DNA from: Hydrurus foetidus
Taxonomy: Eukaryota
NCBI GenBank assembly: GCA_900617105.1
Contig: UYFQ01000223.1
Span: 1 to 64,000 of the forward strand
DNA length: 64,000 bases
Reading direction: 5' to 3'
The notes under the pieces are model-generated. The model was not told the origin of the DNA and made no database searches. It was given only the letters and a program-made list of their open reading frames with translations. Below are positions 52,030 to 64,000 of the stretch, in pieces (position 1 is the first letter of the stretch; each line of letters begins with the position of its first letter). The position numbers and the translations under genes are program-made.

Positions 52030-53341
52030 GTCTAAATCTTGCAAAACTTTTTTCAAGTTAGTAAGAAACTCTGCTTCGCCCTTGCCATATACTATACAAT
52101 CGTCGAGATACATCTCGCAACAATGATAGATAAGGCCATAGAGGACCGCCGTTACCATCTGCTCTTGAAAGTAAGAGGGGGCTCGACACGGACCAAAGGG
52201 CAGTCTCGTAAACTGAAATACCCCCGCAAAGCATATGAATGCCGTAAAAATGCGGTGTGCGGGGTGTAACGGTGCTTGATGGTAACCAGCGGTTAAATCC
52301 ATCACACCAAAAATATCCGGTTTTTTATTACCGATCCTCTCAAAGAGGTGTTTGATATTTGGTAACGGGAATGAGGCCGGCTTAAGACACCTATTAAGTG
52401 GCCGGTAATCGATGCAGGTTCGAAATTTACCGGGTGACTTAGTTACTATTACAGGTGACTTAGTAATAAGCGGCATCTGATCGCTCTATAACCCCTGATG
52501 CAAGCATCTCGTCAAGGTTTTCTTTGAGAGCAACCTCTTTCGTTGATGACTGGGGACGTACCGGCGTACGGTTTTCGTCTTTTTCCCACAACTCAAGTGG
52601 GATGTTAATCTCAAAGGGTTTAAGTGACGCTGGTTTCTCAGCTAATTGATCACTGAAGATGTCTGAATATTCAGAACAGAGCTCTCGGAGCTTCCTTTGA
52701 AAGCTTTCATCTCCTTCAAAGGTAATCTCTTTGAGGAAATCCTCTGGCCCTTTGGGCAAGTCATCTTGACTAGGTTTCTCCGCCAAGAAGGGGGCAAACG
52801 TATCTATCTTGCCATCGTCAATCTCGTCAACTGAGAGTGCGACACCACTGGGCCATAAAGGCTCAGTGACATAGTCTAAGGTATCAGAGTCCTCAGAAGT
52901 ATTTGTAGGGGTGGGAATCTGGTCGCCACCTAGGTGCGGTGTATCACCCGTACGTTTTGCGAGAATAGTAGTGACACTATTCAGTCGCTCACAACCTACA
53001 ACACCACAGGGATCTTGGGTCATGACTCCCTCGATCTCCATCTGAGTATCGTTACATGTCGACATTGTATGGACACAAGAGACGTTGCTCTTCGAAGAAG
53101 ATTGACCATGCAATATGCTCTTCCTATTCGGATACTCGTACAATCCATATGTTTCTCTCTTATCAGAGGATGGTTTGCCGCCTGGATATTTCAGCTTGTC
53201 GTAATAAGGTGTAGAAGACTCGACTACCGCTGTATCAGGTTCGGCACCCAACGCTATCATACGACGCGTATATCTGTGTTGAAACAATGGGTCGAGTTTA
53301 TCCGATGCGTATTTCTTATCGAATTCGCATGCGAGCATCAA
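52030..53341 (-). pseudogene. Ty3/Gypsy LTR-retrotransposon pol relic (reverse transcriptase)
   Basis: Motifs GVIERS, FRTCIDYRPLN, FPLP, MDLTAGYHQ, TAF...G.FQFTRLPFG and YLDD. Frameshift near 52460-52476 and truncation after the RT core. Confidence 0.88.
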
Positions 53342-53429
53342 TCTTTCTCATATTCTCAGCGCTAAGCTCAGGAGAAATGCCGAAAGCAAATGGAGTTAAC
53401 GTTTAAATGTCATACTTATTTACCGTATC

Positions 53430-54092
53430 ACGGCTAAATAATATGCCAATTTCCGTCTTCAGAATAGGTACATGTGGCTGCACTTCGACATGATTATCAG
53501 TCAGATTAAAGACATCATTATCGAAAGTGACAGCCACGCAGTCCTGGGCAAGGATGTACCTTGGTTTTGTCCCGGCTGAGTGTTGTCTCGGCTGAATAAT
53601 ATGTTGATATTCGTTTTTCGAATAGGTACATGTGGCTGCACTTCGACATGATCATCAGTCAGATTAAAGACATCATTATCGAAAGTGACAGCCACGCAGT
53701 CCTGGGCAAGGATGTACCTTGGTTTTGTCCCGGCTGAGTGTTGTCTCGGCTGAATAATATGTTGATATTCGTTTTCGAATAGGTACATGTGGCTGCACTT
53801 CGACATGATCATCAGTCAGATTAAAGACATCATTATCGAAAGTGACAGCCACGCAGTCCTGGGCAAGGATATACCTTGGTTTTGTCCCGGCTGAGTGTTG
53901 TCTCGGCTGAATAATATGTTGATATTCGTTTTCGAATAGGTACATGTGGCTGCACTTCGACATGATCATCAGTCAGATTAAAGACATCATTATCGAAAGT
54001 GACAGCCACGCAGTCCTGGGCAAGGATATACCTTGGTTTTGTCCCGGCTGAGTGTTGTCTCGGCTAAATAATATTTCGATATTTGTTTTTCG
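53430..54092. repeat. 157-158 bp tandem repeat, ~4 copies
   Basis: GAATAGGTACATGTGGCTGC recurs at 53462, 53620, 53777 and 53934. Confidence 0.95.
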
Positions 54093-56159
54093 GTATACCC
54101 TTATGGGCAGGCTGATGCTATTGCATTCACCATCGAATGAAAGAGGATTGTTAAATCGTTATATTGATCCTCGCGACCGCTACACACCGTTATGGCCCTT
54201 CGGGCAGGATAACAAAGGTGTATAACGTTAAGAATTTTTATCATGTAAAATGAAATAAAACCCTTTATGAATTCGCTGTACCCCACACAGATTGATCAGC
54301 GGCGCTCTGATGGCTAACCGGTGTTGTGTGCAGGCAAAAGGTTGATTGCACTTACGATCACTTTTTCAATCAATGCATAATATTTCATTGCAATAATTTT
54401 ACTCAGCATAGAGCTGTGTAAGAAACGTGATAGCGTGAACGAAAAGAGCGGTTCATACTAACGATCTTTTGATTCATGTTGCAAAGCAGCAGAACGTTTT
54501 CAATGTAAGAAATATTACAATGAAAAAGTTTGGCTTAAAGCTGGAGGAACACTCCTTACTTTTCATTTTTTTTTTTTTTTTTGAAATGTTTACAGTCTCA
54601 AAATCTTATAAAGACTTGAAATCTGTTGTTAAATTGTTACAAAATGTGTACCCACATAATGAAAACTAAAAAAAAAATACGACATTTTCAAATGTACGAA
54701 AAGGTGACCCACCCCTACTGGGGCTCGAACCCCGAACTCAGGATGGTCAGTAATCCTTGGAGGATATTTTCTTTAATCGTCGATATCTCTCTACCGAGAG
54801 CGATTCGAGAGATTAGAAGCTTCAGATCATGTTTATATGACTGTTAGACATCTTTCTATAGGTCCTGACCTTTTCTGGGTCAAAACCTGATAAAAATCAG
54901 TCGAGAACGACGATGTCGCGCTAAGTCCATAACTCAGCAGGATGATCTCGAATTCAACCAGAACTCGGTGTAAACGATTCTATAGGATACTAGATATCAT
55001 TATCCGAAGGGACAATGATGTCCGCATCCGAATTCTCTATGTATCTCTCGTCAAAAGATGAGCAGAAATCGTTTATTCGCTCGAGATATTTCTCCGAAGA
55101 AAAATGGCTGTATCTCTGTGAAGAGGTTAGCCCTGCTCAGGAAAATTTTTCCAGAGCTTCGCCTCGTTCACGAACGGGTACTGTAACGTCAGTAACAACG
55201 AATAAAGAGATTCTAACCAACTCTTGAACTGAAAAGTTCTATGGCGTGAAAGCCGAATTTAGAGTGGTAGAAAATCTGAGGTACCGTTAAGGTCGAAGAC
55301 GTTGCTCAACGTCGACAAAAAGAAGTCTGTAGACTAACTTTGTGTCTCTGGTGATGAATCTGTGATTCGATCGACCAGCGGAGCAAGTCTAAAATGACTT
55401 CTGGGAAGGATAAATCAACTTCGACCAAAATGTCAAGTTTGGAAGAGCCCAATGCACGGGGATTCCAAGAAAGCAGTTAATCTGACTTTCTCTAACTTAG
55501 ACTAGGTCTTCTGAGCCAATAGCTGCAGAAGAAAACGGCTCGAAAGTCGTTGAGCGGAAGCTCAGAAGTCTTATCTACAGGTTGGGACGAGTAGACGGAA
55601 TGAGAAGTAGCAGAGAAAAGAGTGGACTAATAGCGCTATTGCAGTCCAGATAGGAGGTAGGTCGATAGAGTGGAGATGGTAGTTAGTTACAAGACTAAGC
55701 TAGAAGCTAGGATAAACTTCTACGAGTAGGCTAGAGCTAGCTAGCAGCTGCGCTAGAGATGTATGTGTACAGTAGGCTGTGGCGAACACTGCCTATCCTG
55801 CCTGGGGCAGGATTTAACTATGTCCCAGAATCCCAGGCAGGCTGGACCTAAATAGCCTTAATATTACAGGTAATATTGAGTTTAACAGCCCGAAAGTTAT
55901 TGCATATTAATCCTTGGATCAAGCTGAATCCAAAAACCCCATAAAAACATGACATCAGAATATCAGATGATGATTTCATAAAATCAGATGGGAATTGTGT
56001 TTGGTCACTCAACTTGTTGATGCTGAGACCGATATCTCCACACCCAATCTAGCTCAAGGCGCGGCACAGCTGGCATCCCAATTACATCATGATCGTGTGA
56101 AGCAGAAAAATAATGCAATCAAACATAAATAGAATGTCATTATGTCATGTACACCTCAT

Positions 56160-56383
56160 TAAGACTTCAACAGCAGTTATATGTACCTGCGATGTTGTAT
56201 AACTTACGAACTATGCTGAGTTATCATGAGATACATTGTAAATATTATTTAAGAGTTGATGAAGTACATAAGATAAGTTGTCAACGACGACAAACATTAT
56301 CTAGAGTGGTTATTAACAATACAAATACCGTGTTTTGACTAGAACAGCAGTTTTTGTGTACCTGCGAGGTTGTGTATAACTAC
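56160..56383 (-). repeat. Diverged inverted copy (~1.3 monomers) of the 174-bp satellite
   Basis: GTACCTGCGAGGTTGTGTA (about 56358) and GTACCTGCGATGTTGTATAAC (about 56183) are reverse complements of the monomer segment TACACAACCTCGCAGGTAC. Confidence 0.85.
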
Positions 56384-59300
56384 GATCATGTTAAATATCA
56401 TTAACAGCTTGTATGGTGTACTCCACAAGTGCACAAACAATATTTACAATGTAGCTTGTGATATCCACACGTGGTTAGTTTGTTACACAACCTCGCAGGT
56501 ACATAAAAACTGCTATTTAAGTCAAAATACGGTGTATATGTTGAAATTAACTTCTACCGATCATGTTAAATATCATTAACAGCTTGTATCGTGTACTCCA
56601 CAAGTGCACAAACAATATTTACAATGTAGCTTGTGATATCCACACGTGGTTAGTTTGTTACACAACCTCGCAGGTACATAAAAACTGCTATTTAAGTCAA
56701 AATACGGTGTATATGTTGAAATTAACTTCTACCGATCATGTTAAATATCATTAACAGCTTGTATCGTGTACTCCACAAGTGCACAAACAATATTTACAAT
56801 GTAGCTTGTGATATCCACACGTGGTTAGTTTGTTACACAACCTCGCAGGTACATAAAACTGCTATTTAAGTCAAAATACGGTGTATATGTTGAAATTAAC
56901 TTCTACCGATCATGTTAAATATCATTAACAGCTTGTATCGTGTACTCCACAAGTGCACAAACAATATTTACAATGTAGCTTGTGATATCCACACGTGGTT
57001 AGTTTGTTACACAACCTCGCAGGTACATAAAACTGCTATTTAAGTCAAAATACGGTGTATATGTTGAAATTAACTTCTACCGATCATGTTAAATATCATT
57101 AACAGCTTGTATCGTGTACTCCACAAGTGCACAAACAATATTTACAATGTAGCTTGTGATATCCACACGTGGTTAGTTTGTTACACAACCTCGCAGGTAC
57201 ATAAAACTGCTATTTAAGTCAAAATACGGTGTATATGTTGAAATTAACTTCTACCGATCATGTTAAATATCATTAACAGCTTGTATCGTGTACTCCACAA
57301 GTGCACAAACAATATTTACAATGTAGCTTGTGATATCCACACGTGGTTAGTTTGTTACACAACCTCGCAGGTACATAAAACTGCTATTTAAGTCAAAATA
57401 CGGTGTATATGTTGAAATTAACTTCTACCGATCATGTTAAATATCATTAACAGCTTGTATCGTGTACTCCACAAGTGCACAAACAATATTTACAATGTAG
57501 CTTGTGATATCCACACGTGGTTAGTTTGTTACACAACCTCGCAGGTACATAAAACTGCTATTTAAGTCAAAATACGGTGTATATGTTGAAATTAACTTCT
57601 ACCGATCATGTTAAATATCATTAACAGCTTGTATCGTGTACTCCACAAGTGCACAAACAATATTTACAATGTAGCTTGTGATATCCACACGTGGTTAGTT
57701 TGTTACACAACCTCGCAGGTACATAAAACTGCTATTTAAGTCAAAATACGGTGTATATGTTGAAATTAACTTCTACCGATCATGTTAAATATCATTAACA
57801 GCTTGTATCGTGTACTCCACAAGTGCACAAACAATATTTACAATGTAGCTTGTGATATCCACACGTGGTTAGTTTGTTACACAACCTCGCAGGTACATAA
57901 AACTGCTATTTAAGTCAAAATACGGTGTATATGTTGAAATTAACTTCTACCGATCATGTTAAATATCATTAACAGCTTGTATCGTGTACTCCACAAGTGC
58001 ACAAACAATATTTACAATGTAGCTTGTGATATCCACACGTGGTTAGTTTGTTACACAACCTCGCAGGTACATAAAACTGCTATTTAAGTCAAAATACGGT
58101 GTATATGTTGAAATTAACTTCTACCGATCATGTTAAATATCATTAACAGCTTGTATCGTGTACTCCACAAGTGCACAAACAATATTTACAATGTAGCTTG
58201 TGATATCCACACGTGGTTAGTTTGTTACACAACCTCGCAGGTACATAAAACTGCTATTTAAGTCAAAATACGGTGTATATGTTGAAATTAACTTCTACCG
58301 ATCATGTTAAATATCATTAACAGCTTGTATCGTGTACTCCACAAGTGCACAAACAATATTTACAATGTAGCTTGTGATATCCACACGTGGTTAGTTTGTT
58401 ACACAACCTCGCAGGTACATAAAACTGCTATTTAAGTCAAAATACGGTGTATATGTTGAAATTAACTTCTACCGATCATGTTAAATATCATTAACAGCTT
58501 GTATCGTGTACTCCACAAGTGCACAAACAATATTTACAATGTAGCTTGTGATATCCACACGTGGTTAGTTTGTTACACAACCTCGCAGGTACATAAAACT
58601 GCTATTTAAGTCAAAATACGGTGTATATGTTGAAATTAACTTCTACCGATCATGTTAAATATCATTAACAGCTTGTATCGTGTACTCCACAAGTGCACAA
58701 ACAATATTTACAATGTAGCTTGTGATATCCACACGTGGTTAGTTTGTTACACAACCTCGCAGGTACATAAAACTGCTATTTAAGTCAAAATACGGTGTAT
58801 ATGTTGAAATTAACTTCTACCGATCATGTTAAATATCATTAACAGCTTGTATCGTGTACTCCACAAGTGCACAAACAATATTTACAATGTAGCTTGTGAT
58901 ATCCACACGTGGTTAGTTAGTTATACAACCTCGCAGGTACATAAAACTGCTATTTAAGTCAAAATACGGTGTATATGTTGAAATTAACTTCTACCGATCA
59001 TGTTAAATATCATTAACAGCTTGTATCGTGTACTCCACAAGTGCACAAACAATATTTACAATGTAGCTTGTGATATCCACACGTGGTTAGTTTGTTACAC
59101 AACCTCGCAGGTACATAAAAACTGCTATTTAAGTCAAAATACGGTGTATATGTTGAAATTAACTTCTACCGATCATGTTAAATATCATTAACAGCTTGTA
59201 TCGTGTACTCCACAAGTGCACAAACAATATTTACAATGTAGCTTGTGATATCCACACGTGGTTAGTTTGTTACACAACCTCGCAGGTACATAAAACTGCT

Positions 59301-62300
59301 ATTTAAGTCAAAATACGGTGTATATGTTGAAATTAACTTCTACCGATCATGTTAAATATCATTAACAGCTTGTATCGTGTACTCCACAAGTGCACAAACA
59401 ATATTTACAATGTAGCTTGTGATATCCACACGTGGTTAGTTTGTTACACAACCTCGCAGGTACATAAAACTGCTATTTAAGTCAAAATACGGTGTATATG
59501 TTGAAATTAACTTCTACCGATCATGTTAAATATCATTAACAGCTTGTATCGTGTACTCCACAAGTGCACAAACAATATTTACAATGTAGCTTGTGATATC
59601 CACACGTGGTTAGTTTGTTATACAACCTCGCAGGTACATAAAACTGCTATTTAAGTCAAAATACGGTGTATATGTTGAAATTAACTTCTACCGATCATGT
59701 TAAATATCATTAACAGCTTGTATCGTGTACTCCACAAGTGCACAAACAATATTTACAATGTAGCTTGTGATATCCACACGTGGTTAGTTTGTTACACAAC
59801 CTCGCAGGTACATAAAACTGCTATTTAAGTCAAAATACGGTGTATATGTTGAAATTAACTTCTACCGATCATGTTAAATATCATTAACAGCTTGTATCGT
59901 GTACTCCACAAGTGCACAAACAATATTTACAATGTAGCTTGTGATATCCACACGTGGTTAGTTTGTTATACAACCTCGCAGGTACATAAAACTGCTATTT
60001 AAGTCAAAATACGGTGTATATGTTGAAATTAACTTCTACCGATCATGTTAAATATCATTAACAGCTTGTATCGTGTACTCCACAAGTGCACAAACAATAT
60101 TTACAATGTAGCTTGTGATATCCACACGTGGTTAGTTTGTTACACAACCTCGCAGGTACATAAAACTGCTATTTAAGTCAAAATACGGTGTATATGTTGA
60201 AATTAACTTCTACCGATCATGTTAAATATCATTAACAGCTTGTATCGTGTACTCCACAAGTGCACAAACAATATTTACAATGTAGCTTGTGATATCCACA
60301 CGTGGTTAGTTTGTTACACAACCTCGCAGGTACATAAAACTGCTATTTAAGTCAAAATATGTGTATATGTTGAAAATAACTTCTACCTATCATGTTAAAT
60401 ATCATTAACAGCTTGTATCGTGTAGTCCACATATGTACAAGCAATACCTGCAATGTAGCTCATGATAACTCGACGTGGTTCGTCAGTTATACAACCTCGC
60501 AGGTACATAAAACTGCTATTTAAGTCAAAATATGGTGTATATGTTGAAAATAACTTCTACCTATCATGTTAAATATCATTAACAGCTTGTATCGTGTACT
60601 CCACAAGTGCACAAACAATATTTACAATGTAGCTCATGATATCCGACGTGGTTAGTTTGTTATACAACCTCGCAGGTACATAAAACTGCTATTTAAGTCA
60701 AAATACGGTGTATATGTTGAAATTAACTTCTACCTATCATGTTAAATATCATTAACAGCTTGTATCGTGTAGTCCACATATGTACAAGCAATACCTACAA
60801 TGTAGCTCATGATAACTCGACGTGGTTCGTCAGTTATACAACCTCGCAGGTACATAAAACTGCTATTTAAGTCAAAATATGGTGTATATGTTGAAATTAA
60901 CTTCTACCGATCATGTTAAATATCATTAACAGCTTGTATCGTGTACTCCACAAGTGCACAAACAATATTTTCAATGTAGCTTGTGATATCCACAAGTGGT
61001 TAGTTTGTTACACAAACTCGCAGGTACATAAAAACTGCCATTTAAGTCAAAATACGGTGTATATGTTGAAATTAACTTCTACCGATCATGTTAAATATCA
61101 TTAACAGCTTGTATCGTGTACTCCACAAGTGCACAAACAATATTTACAATGTAGCTCATGATATCTACACGTGGTTAGTTAGTTATACAACCTCGCAGGT
61201 ACATAAAAACTGCTATTTAAGTCAAAATATGGTGTATATGTTGAAATTAACTTCTACCGATCATGTTAAATATCATTAACAGCTTGTATCGTGTACTCAC
61301 ACAAGTGCACAAACAATATTTACAATGTAGCTTGTGATATCCACACGTGGTTAGTTTGTTATACAACCTCGCAGGTACATAAAACTGCTATTTAAGTCAA
61401 AATACGGTGTATATGTTGAAATTAACTTCTACCGATCATGTTAAATATCATTAACAGCTTGTATCGTGTACTCCACAAGTGCACAAACAATATTTACAAT
61501 GTAGCTTGTGATATCCACACGTGGTTAGTTTGTTACACAACCTCGCAGGTACATAAAACTGCTATTTAAGTCAAAATATGGTGTATATGTTGAAATTAAC
61601 TTCTACCGATCATGTTAAATATCATTAACAGCTTGTATCGTGTACTCCACATATGTACAAACAATATTTGCAATGTAGCTCATGATATCCACACGTGGTT
61701 AGTTAGTTATACAACCTCGCAGGTACATAAAACTGCTATTTAAGTCAAAATACGGTGTATATGTTGAAATTAACTTCTACCGATCATGTTAAATATCATT
61801 AACAGCTTGTATCGTGTACTCCACAAGTGCACAAACAATATTTACAATGTAGCTTGTGATATCCACACGTGGTTAGTTTGTTACACAACCTCGCAGGTAC
61901 ATAAAACTGCTATTTAAGTCAAAATACGGTGTATATGTTGAAATTAACTTCTACCGATCATGTTAAATATCATTAACAGCTTGTATCGTGTACTCCACAA
62001 GTGCACAAACAATATTTACAATGTAGCTTGTGATATCCACACGTGGTTAGTTTGTTACACAACCTCGCAGGTACATAAAACTGCTATTTAAGTCAAAATA
62101 CGGTGTATATGTTGAAATTAACTTCTACCGATCATGTTAAATATCATTAACAGCTTGTATCGTGTACTCCACAAGTGCACAAACAATATTTACAATGTAG
62201 CTTGTGATATCCACACGTGGTTAGTTTGTTACACAACCTCGCAGGTACATAAAACTGCTATTTAAGTCAAAATATACGGTGTATATGTTGAAATTAACTT

Positions 62301-64000
62301 CTACCGATCATGTTAAATATCATTAACAGCTTGTATCGTGTACTCCACAAGTGCACAAACAATATTTACAATGTAGCTTGTGATATCCACACGTGGTTAG
62401 TTTGTTACACAACCTCGCAGGTACATAAAAACTGCTATTTAAGTCAAAATACGGTGTATATGTTGAAATTAACTTCTACCGATCATGTTAAATATCATTA
62501 ACAGCTTGTATCGTGTACTCCACAAGTGCACAAACAATATTTACAATGTAGCTTGTGATATCCACACGTGGTTAGTTTGTTACACAACCTCGCAGGTACA
62601 TAAAAACTGCTATTTAAGTCAAAATACGGTGTGTTGTTGAAATTAACTTCTACCGATCATGTTAAATATCATTAACAGCTTGTATCGTGTACTCCACAAG
62701 TGCACAAACAATATTTACAATGTAGCTTGTGATATCCACACGTGGTTAGTTTGTTACACAACCTCGCAGGTACATAAAACTGCTATTTAAGTCAAAATAC
62801 GGTGTATATGTTGAAATTAACTTCTACCGATCATGTTAAATATCATTAACAGCTTGTATCGTGTACTCCACAAGTGCACAAACAATATTTACAATGTAGC
62901 TTGTGATATCCACACGTGGTTAGTTTGTTACACAACCTCGCAGGTACATAAAACTGCTATTTAAGTCAAAATACGGTGTATATGTTGAAATTAACTTCTA
63001 CCGATCATGTTAAATATCATTAACAGCTTGTATCGTGTACTCCACAAGTGCACAAACAATATTTACAATGTAGCTTGTGATATCCACACGTGGTTAGTTT
63101 GTTACACAACCTCGCAGGTACATAAAACTGCTATTTAAGTCAAAATATGGTGTATATGTTGAAATTAACTTCTACCGATCATGTTAAATATCATTAACAG
63201 CTTGTATCGTGTACTCCACAAGTGCACAAACAATATTTACAATGTAGCTTGTGATATCCACACGTGGTTAGTTTGTTACACAACCTCGCAGGTACATAAA
63301 ACTGCTATTTAAGTCAAAATACGGTGTATATGTTGAAATTAACTTCTACCGATCATGTTAAATATCATTAACAGCTTGTATCGTGTACTCCACAAGTGCA
63401 CAAACAATATTTACAATGTAGCTTGTGATATCCACACGTGGTTAGTTTGTTACACAACCTCGCAGGTACATAAAACTGCTATTTAAGTCAAAATACGGTG
63501 TATATGTTGAAATTAACTTCTACCGATCATGTTAAATATCATTAACAGCTTGTATCGTGTACTCCACAAGTGCACAAACAATATTTACAATGTAGCTTGT
63601 GATATCCACACGTGGTTAGTTTGTTATACAACCTCGCAGGTACATAAAACTGCTATTTAAGTCAAAATACGGTGTATATGTTGAAATTAACTTCTACCGA
63701 TCATGTTAAATATCATTAACAGCTTGTATCGTGTACTCCACAAGTGCACAAACAATATTTACAATGTAGCTTATGATAACTCACACGTGGTTCGTCAGTT
63801 ATACAACCTCGCAGGTACATAAAACTGCTATTTAAGTCAAAATATGGTGTATATGTTGAAATTAACTTCTACCGATCATGTTAAATATCATTAACAGCTT
63901 GTATCGTGTACTCCACAAGTGCACAAACAATATTTACAATGTAGCTTGTGATATCCACACGTGGTTAGTTTGTTACACAACCTCGCAGGTACATAAAACT
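56384..64000. repeat. Homogeneous 174-bp satellite array, ~44 monomers, continuing beyond the window
   Basis: GATCATGTTAAATATC recurs at 56384, 56559, 56734, 56908 and onward (period 174, or 175 when an A-run has one extra base). Confidence 0.98.

Noticed and set aside
54700..54815. tRNA-like sequence on the minus strand (GGGGTTCGAGCCCC T-arm/B-box-like)
   Set aside because: I could not fold a convincing acceptor stem or anticodon arm; at most a degenerate tRNA/SINE relic. tRNAscan-SE would decide.
54840..55900. Possible degenerate retroelement ORF or LTR
   Set aside because: Frames are interrupted and I found no recognisable motif or paired LTR.
56370..62501. Repeated 63-aa ORFs (MLNIINSLY...)
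   Set aside because: They arise only when a satellite monomer has an extra A; no coding signal.
56384..64000. CRISPR-like or rDNA/5S array
   Set aside because: No unique spacers and no recognisable rRNA or snRNA sequence; it is a plain tandem satellite.

Overview
Eukaryotic, intron-rich DNA from a photosynthetic stramenopile (ochrophyte; inferred from an ASAF-type bipartite plastid presequence, exact lineage not determinable here). The window has three zones. (1) 1-40.4 kb, host genes: the 3' part of a large EGF-repeat type-I membrane protein, a disrupted secreted bulb-type lectin gene, a type II DnaJ, a secreted TPR protein, COQ4, a plastid-targeted M41/FtsH-like (VIR3-type) protein with a degenerate zinc motif, and a 17-kb gene encoding a multi-C2/DysF/Sec6-like/C2 protein. 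(2) 40.7-56.1 kb, nested transposons: a complete PIF/Harbinger element (15-bp perfect TIRs, TCA target duplication, intact transposase plus accessory gene) that contains an apparently intact five-exon tyrosine-recombinase (Crypton-like) gene flanked by its own repeats, followed by a truncated MULE, a second truncated Harbinger, a Ty3/Gypsy RT relic and a 157-bp tandem repeat. (3) 56.4 kb to the end, a very homogeneous ~174-bp satellite array (~44 copies, continuing past the window) preceded by a diverged inverted monomer; the gradient suggests a pericentromere/centromere or subtelomere edge. All splice models and family calls were made by eye, without database searches.
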